Of a stretch of DNA of 30,646 nt, positions 28,077 to 30,646 are shown in pieces (positions within the stretch are counted from its first letter, which is position 1; each line of letters starts with the position of its first letter). Source of the DNA: Oscillospiraceae bacterium (GTDB lineage Bacteria; Bacteroidota; Bacteroidia; Bacteroidales; Bacteroidaceae); NCBI GenBank assembly GCA_963603805.1, contig CAVCON010000001.1:1-30646 (forward strand). Reading direction: 5' to 3'. The position numbers and the translations under genes are program-made. The notes beneath the pieces are model-generated. The model ran no database searches, was not told the origin of the DNA, and saw nothing but the letters and a program-made list of their open reading frames with translations.

Positions 28077-30131
28077 TTACCATTTGTCCTCGGGCTTTAC
28101 GCCGTTGTAAACACTCTTGGGCACCCACTCTATGAAATCGGGGCCGAAGTTTGCCGGACCGTTGAGCAGCGACTTCATACGCATATAATATGTTACGCCG
28201 GGACGGCAGCTCTCGGTGGTTATTATATGGCGCAGCTTTGCAGCACCTGGACCGTAACTGCGCCCGCCCTCGGTTACATTTGTCGAGTTGAAGCCGAAGC
28301 TGTCCGGACATTTCATGAAAGTGTGGTTACGCATATTCTTGTCGTTTTCGCGGTTCACGTCAGCATCGTCGGGGTCGTCCTTTATCCACCCAATGACAGC
28401 CTTGTTTGGCTCTATGCGCGCATCGATGGGAAGCCCCACCGCAGCGAGGTTGTTGGGGTCGGAACCAAAATAGAACTGCACCATACCGCGCCCGCTGTCA
28501 TTGCAATATCCGAGACGCAGTTCGTATGTCCCCTCGTATGGCACGGGCGGAAGCTGCCACGTTATGTCGTAATATCCTTCAAGCACAAAATCGTCGGCTT
28601 CGTAGTTCAGCCAGTTTATGTTGTAGTTGTTTATGGATATGAGCAGTGTCTGGTCAGAGAACTTCACCTTGCGGCAATATCCGGCGGGCAGCATATTATA
28701 TATGTTTGACGGCTGCTGGCGCAGGCCGTTTGTCATAAGTTCGTGCTGCATAGTCTGCGTGTCCCAGCGCATCCGCTCGTTAAGCACCTTATACCTTACA
28801 ACGTCGTCATACACAAGCACCCCGTCAATCATGTGGTAAAAACCGTTGAGAGCCTGGTTGTCGCGCACGCCGTTGCCCGACTGCACGAGGATTCCCTTTA
28901 TAGGCACTTCCAGCTCGCGGTAGCTGTCATCGTCATACTCGCTAACATAGCGGTTAATCCTTATCCCCTCGGTCTGCTCGCCGAGTGTGAACTTTATGAT
29001 GCGGTGTTCCTTGCCCATAGTCTCATAATACTCGAACTTGTCTATGCCGAGCTGCTCCGGGCGGTTATATGAATATCCTACCTGCCCCTTGGTTATGACA
29101 ATATTATTATATGCCATGCTCACGTCGATTATATGATACCCCACAAACTGGTTCAGGGCGTTCTCCATGCTCTTCGGGTCATCGGACGTTGCGTCCGGGT
29201 AATACTCCTTCACCTTTTGGTTTATCACCGGCATCACCTCGTCCCAGTTCACAACGTTGCCGTTCACAACCTCGAGCCTTATGCCCCATTCCGCCTCAAG
29301 CAGACTGTCGGGTTCCACAAACGCCGTGTAGCCCCAATTGTGATGCAGGGGTTCGTCAAGCCTTTCGCCGTACCATATATGCTTGTAGTTCTGCGGGTGG
29401 TCCTGCAACTCGTACTCGTCGTCGCGATACCGCGTCATGCTGTCAGCCCACGAGGTCAGCTCGAGCAGGTGTGAGAAGATGCGCGTGTTGTCCTGCATCC
29501 CGAGAAGTCCCGGAAGGGATGTCGAAGCCGGCATCACAACATGGTCAACCACGTGTATCTGTCCGTTCTCCACCTTGTTGTCCGAACTCACAATGCGCGA
29601 GAAAGTGTTGATGCGGGTAATCACCCTGCCGCTGTCGTTTGCCTGGAAGTTTATCACTATGTAGCGGTCGGCCATGGTCTTCAACTGAAGCACGCCCTCC
29701 TGGAAGTCGGTTGATTTGTAAGCCTCGATGTCGCCGTTGTCTATGATGCTGTTGAACACTATAACCTGCGCCATTGAGTCGTTCACCATATTCACGTCGA
29801 AATTCTTCTGATTCTCAACCGAGTCCACAAATTCCTGGATTGCGTCGTTAGTAGGTATGAAGCACGTGTAGTTGCCCCGGCTTTCGAGCATATGGTCCAT
29901 GGTTGAGCCGCGCCCCATTCCAGAACGCGCCTTTTTGAGCAGGATGAGATATTTGCTCAACTCGGGCTGCTGCCTCACGAAATCCGTTGCACTCTGACCC
30001 GTGAAAACGTAAAGGTTCGACTCGTCTATGTTGTCAGAACACGAACTGACCATAATCCCTGCCATCAGGACTGACAGAGCCAACACAAAACGTGAAAGTC
30101 TTTTGGATGTGATGCTTTTTATTATTTTCAT
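28077..30131 (-). CDS. Fasciclin-domain surface lipoprotein (2 FAS1 + C-terminal CBM-like beta-sandwich)
   Basis: Start moved to ATG 30131 (MKIIKS..), just downstream of a consensus promoter. Lipobox MVSSC + SDNIDE; FAS1 motifs YTCFIPTNDAI/NGQIHVVDHVV and YTAFVEPDSL/NGFYHMIDGVL; GTYELRLGY. Confidence 0.85.
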   Translation of the reverse strand: MKIIKSITSKRLSRFVLALSVLMAGIMVSSCSDNIDESNLYVFTGQSATDFVRQQPELSKYLILLKKARSGMGRGSTMDHMLESRGNYTCFIPTNDAIQEFVDSVENQKNFDVNMVNDSMAQVIVFNSIIDNGDIEAYKSTDFQEGVLQLKTMADRYIVINFQANDSGRVITRINTFSRIVSSDNKVENGQIHVVDHVVMPASTSLPGLLGMQDNTRIFSHLLELTSWADSMTRYRDDEYELQDHPQNYKHIWYGERLDEPLHHNWGYTAFVEPDSLLEAEWGIRLEVVNGNVVNWDEVMPVINQKVKEYYPDATSDDPKSMENALNQFVGYHIIDVSMAYNNIVITKGQVGYSYNRPEQLGIDKFEYYETMGKEHRIIKFTLGEQTEGIRINRYVSEYDDDSYRELEVPIKGILVQSGNGVRDNQALNGFYHMIDGVLVYDDVVRYKVLNERMRWDTQTMQHELMTNGLRQQPSNIYNMLPAGYCRKVKFSDQTLLISINNYNINWLNYEADDFVLEGYYDITWQLPPVPYEGTYELRLGYCNDSGRGMVQFYFGSDPNNLAAVGLPIDARIEPNKAVIGWIKDDPDDADVNRENDKNMRNHTFMKCPDSFGFNSTNVTEGGRSYGPGAAKLRHIITTESCRPGVTYYMRMKSLLNGPANFGPDFIEWVPKSVYNGVKPEDKW

Positions 30132-30158
30132 GGTAACACTCTTTTGTATTTCAATCCC

Positions 30159-30189
30159 CAAATTTAAGGTTTTATCGGCAATACGCAAA
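30159..30189 (-). promoter_or_regulatory. Consensus Bacteroidetes promoter (TTTG-N19-TAAATTTG)
   Basis: -33 at 30186-30189 and -7 at 30159-30166, 27 bp upstream of ATG 30131. Confidence 0.75.
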
Positions 30190-30225
30190 AGAAATATTGG
30201 CTTTTTTCACAAAACCGCACACCGC

Positions 30226-30638
30226 CATAGCGTATGCCGCACATTTCGCACGCGAACAACAGCTTTATACGCCATGATGTGCCAGTGCTTGCCTATGTGT
30301 TTCAAGCGGTGATGTACAGGGCGTATGTGATAAGCTTCGCGAATATATAAACAGCAATTAATCAGAAAAATGCACCGCCGTAGGGGCGTATGGCATACGC
30401 CCAAAATTGCGCCGATTTGCAATATCGTGGCAGCGGTTTGCAATGTGGTTCATGCGGTGGCATACATGGCGTATGCAATACGACACATAAATACGCAGTA
30501 ACCAATCATTCAATAATTTGTACCGCTTGTAGGGGCGTATGGCATACGCCCTGAATTGCGCCTGTTGGTAATGTTGCGGCGGCAGTTTGCGATGCGGTTC
30601 AAGCGGTGGCGTACAGGGCGTATGCAATACGCCCCTAC
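30226..30638 (-). repeat. Tandem array of REP doublets, ~149-bp period (BIME-like), three units
   Basis: Intact doublet 30529-30638; half-decayed doublet 30380-30489; strongly decayed unit ~30226-30341. Confidence 0.85.
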
Positions 30639-30646
30639 AATTGGCG

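Noticed and set aside
30132..30188. N-terminal extensions in the ORF track (also 4651-4686 and 6130-6195)
   Set aside because: They start at non-ATG codons and overlap promoter elements. Downstream ATGs give clean signal peptides or membrane anchors.
30226..30638. CRISPR array
   Set aside because: The palindromic repeats alternate in orientation, the intervening sequences are homologous rather than unique spacers, and no cas genes are present.
1..30646. Transposase/RAYT, integrase, reverse transcriptase, defence genes, tRNA/rRNA
   Set aside because: No ORF shows HUH/Y1, DDE, tyrosine-recombinase or RT motifs, and no tRNA or rRNA-like sequence was recognised.

Overview
Bacteroidales (Prevotella-like) chromosomal segment, almost all coding on the minus strand. 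The right two-thirds is a polysaccharide utilisation locus (PUL): fasciclin lipoprotein, then an operon of fasciclin lipoprotein - SusC - SusD - fasciclin lipoprotein - SusC - SusD, followed by a GH95 alpha-L-fucosidase-type gene. The left third encodes three phosphoesterase-type enzymes (a YkuE-like membrane metallophosphoesterase, a Tat-exported MBL-fold hydrolase and a 1080-aa BACON/metallophosphoesterase/2xLamG protein) and a ricin-like, probably T9SS-secreted protein. The most striking non-coding signal is a ~300-bp modular repeat present four times in intergenic DNA, with related arrays at both window ends. It consists of two 25-bp quasi-palindromic IHF-like boxes 46-47 bp apart, then exactly 15 bp, then four 21-bp units carrying phased 13-bp palindromes, then a linker, then a 110-bp inverted doublet of GTAG-type REP hairpins. 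The doublet is often followed by decayed tandem copies on the side away from the 'leader'. No transposase, cas, tRNA or rRNA gene is seen. All family calls come from motif recognition by eye, not database searches.
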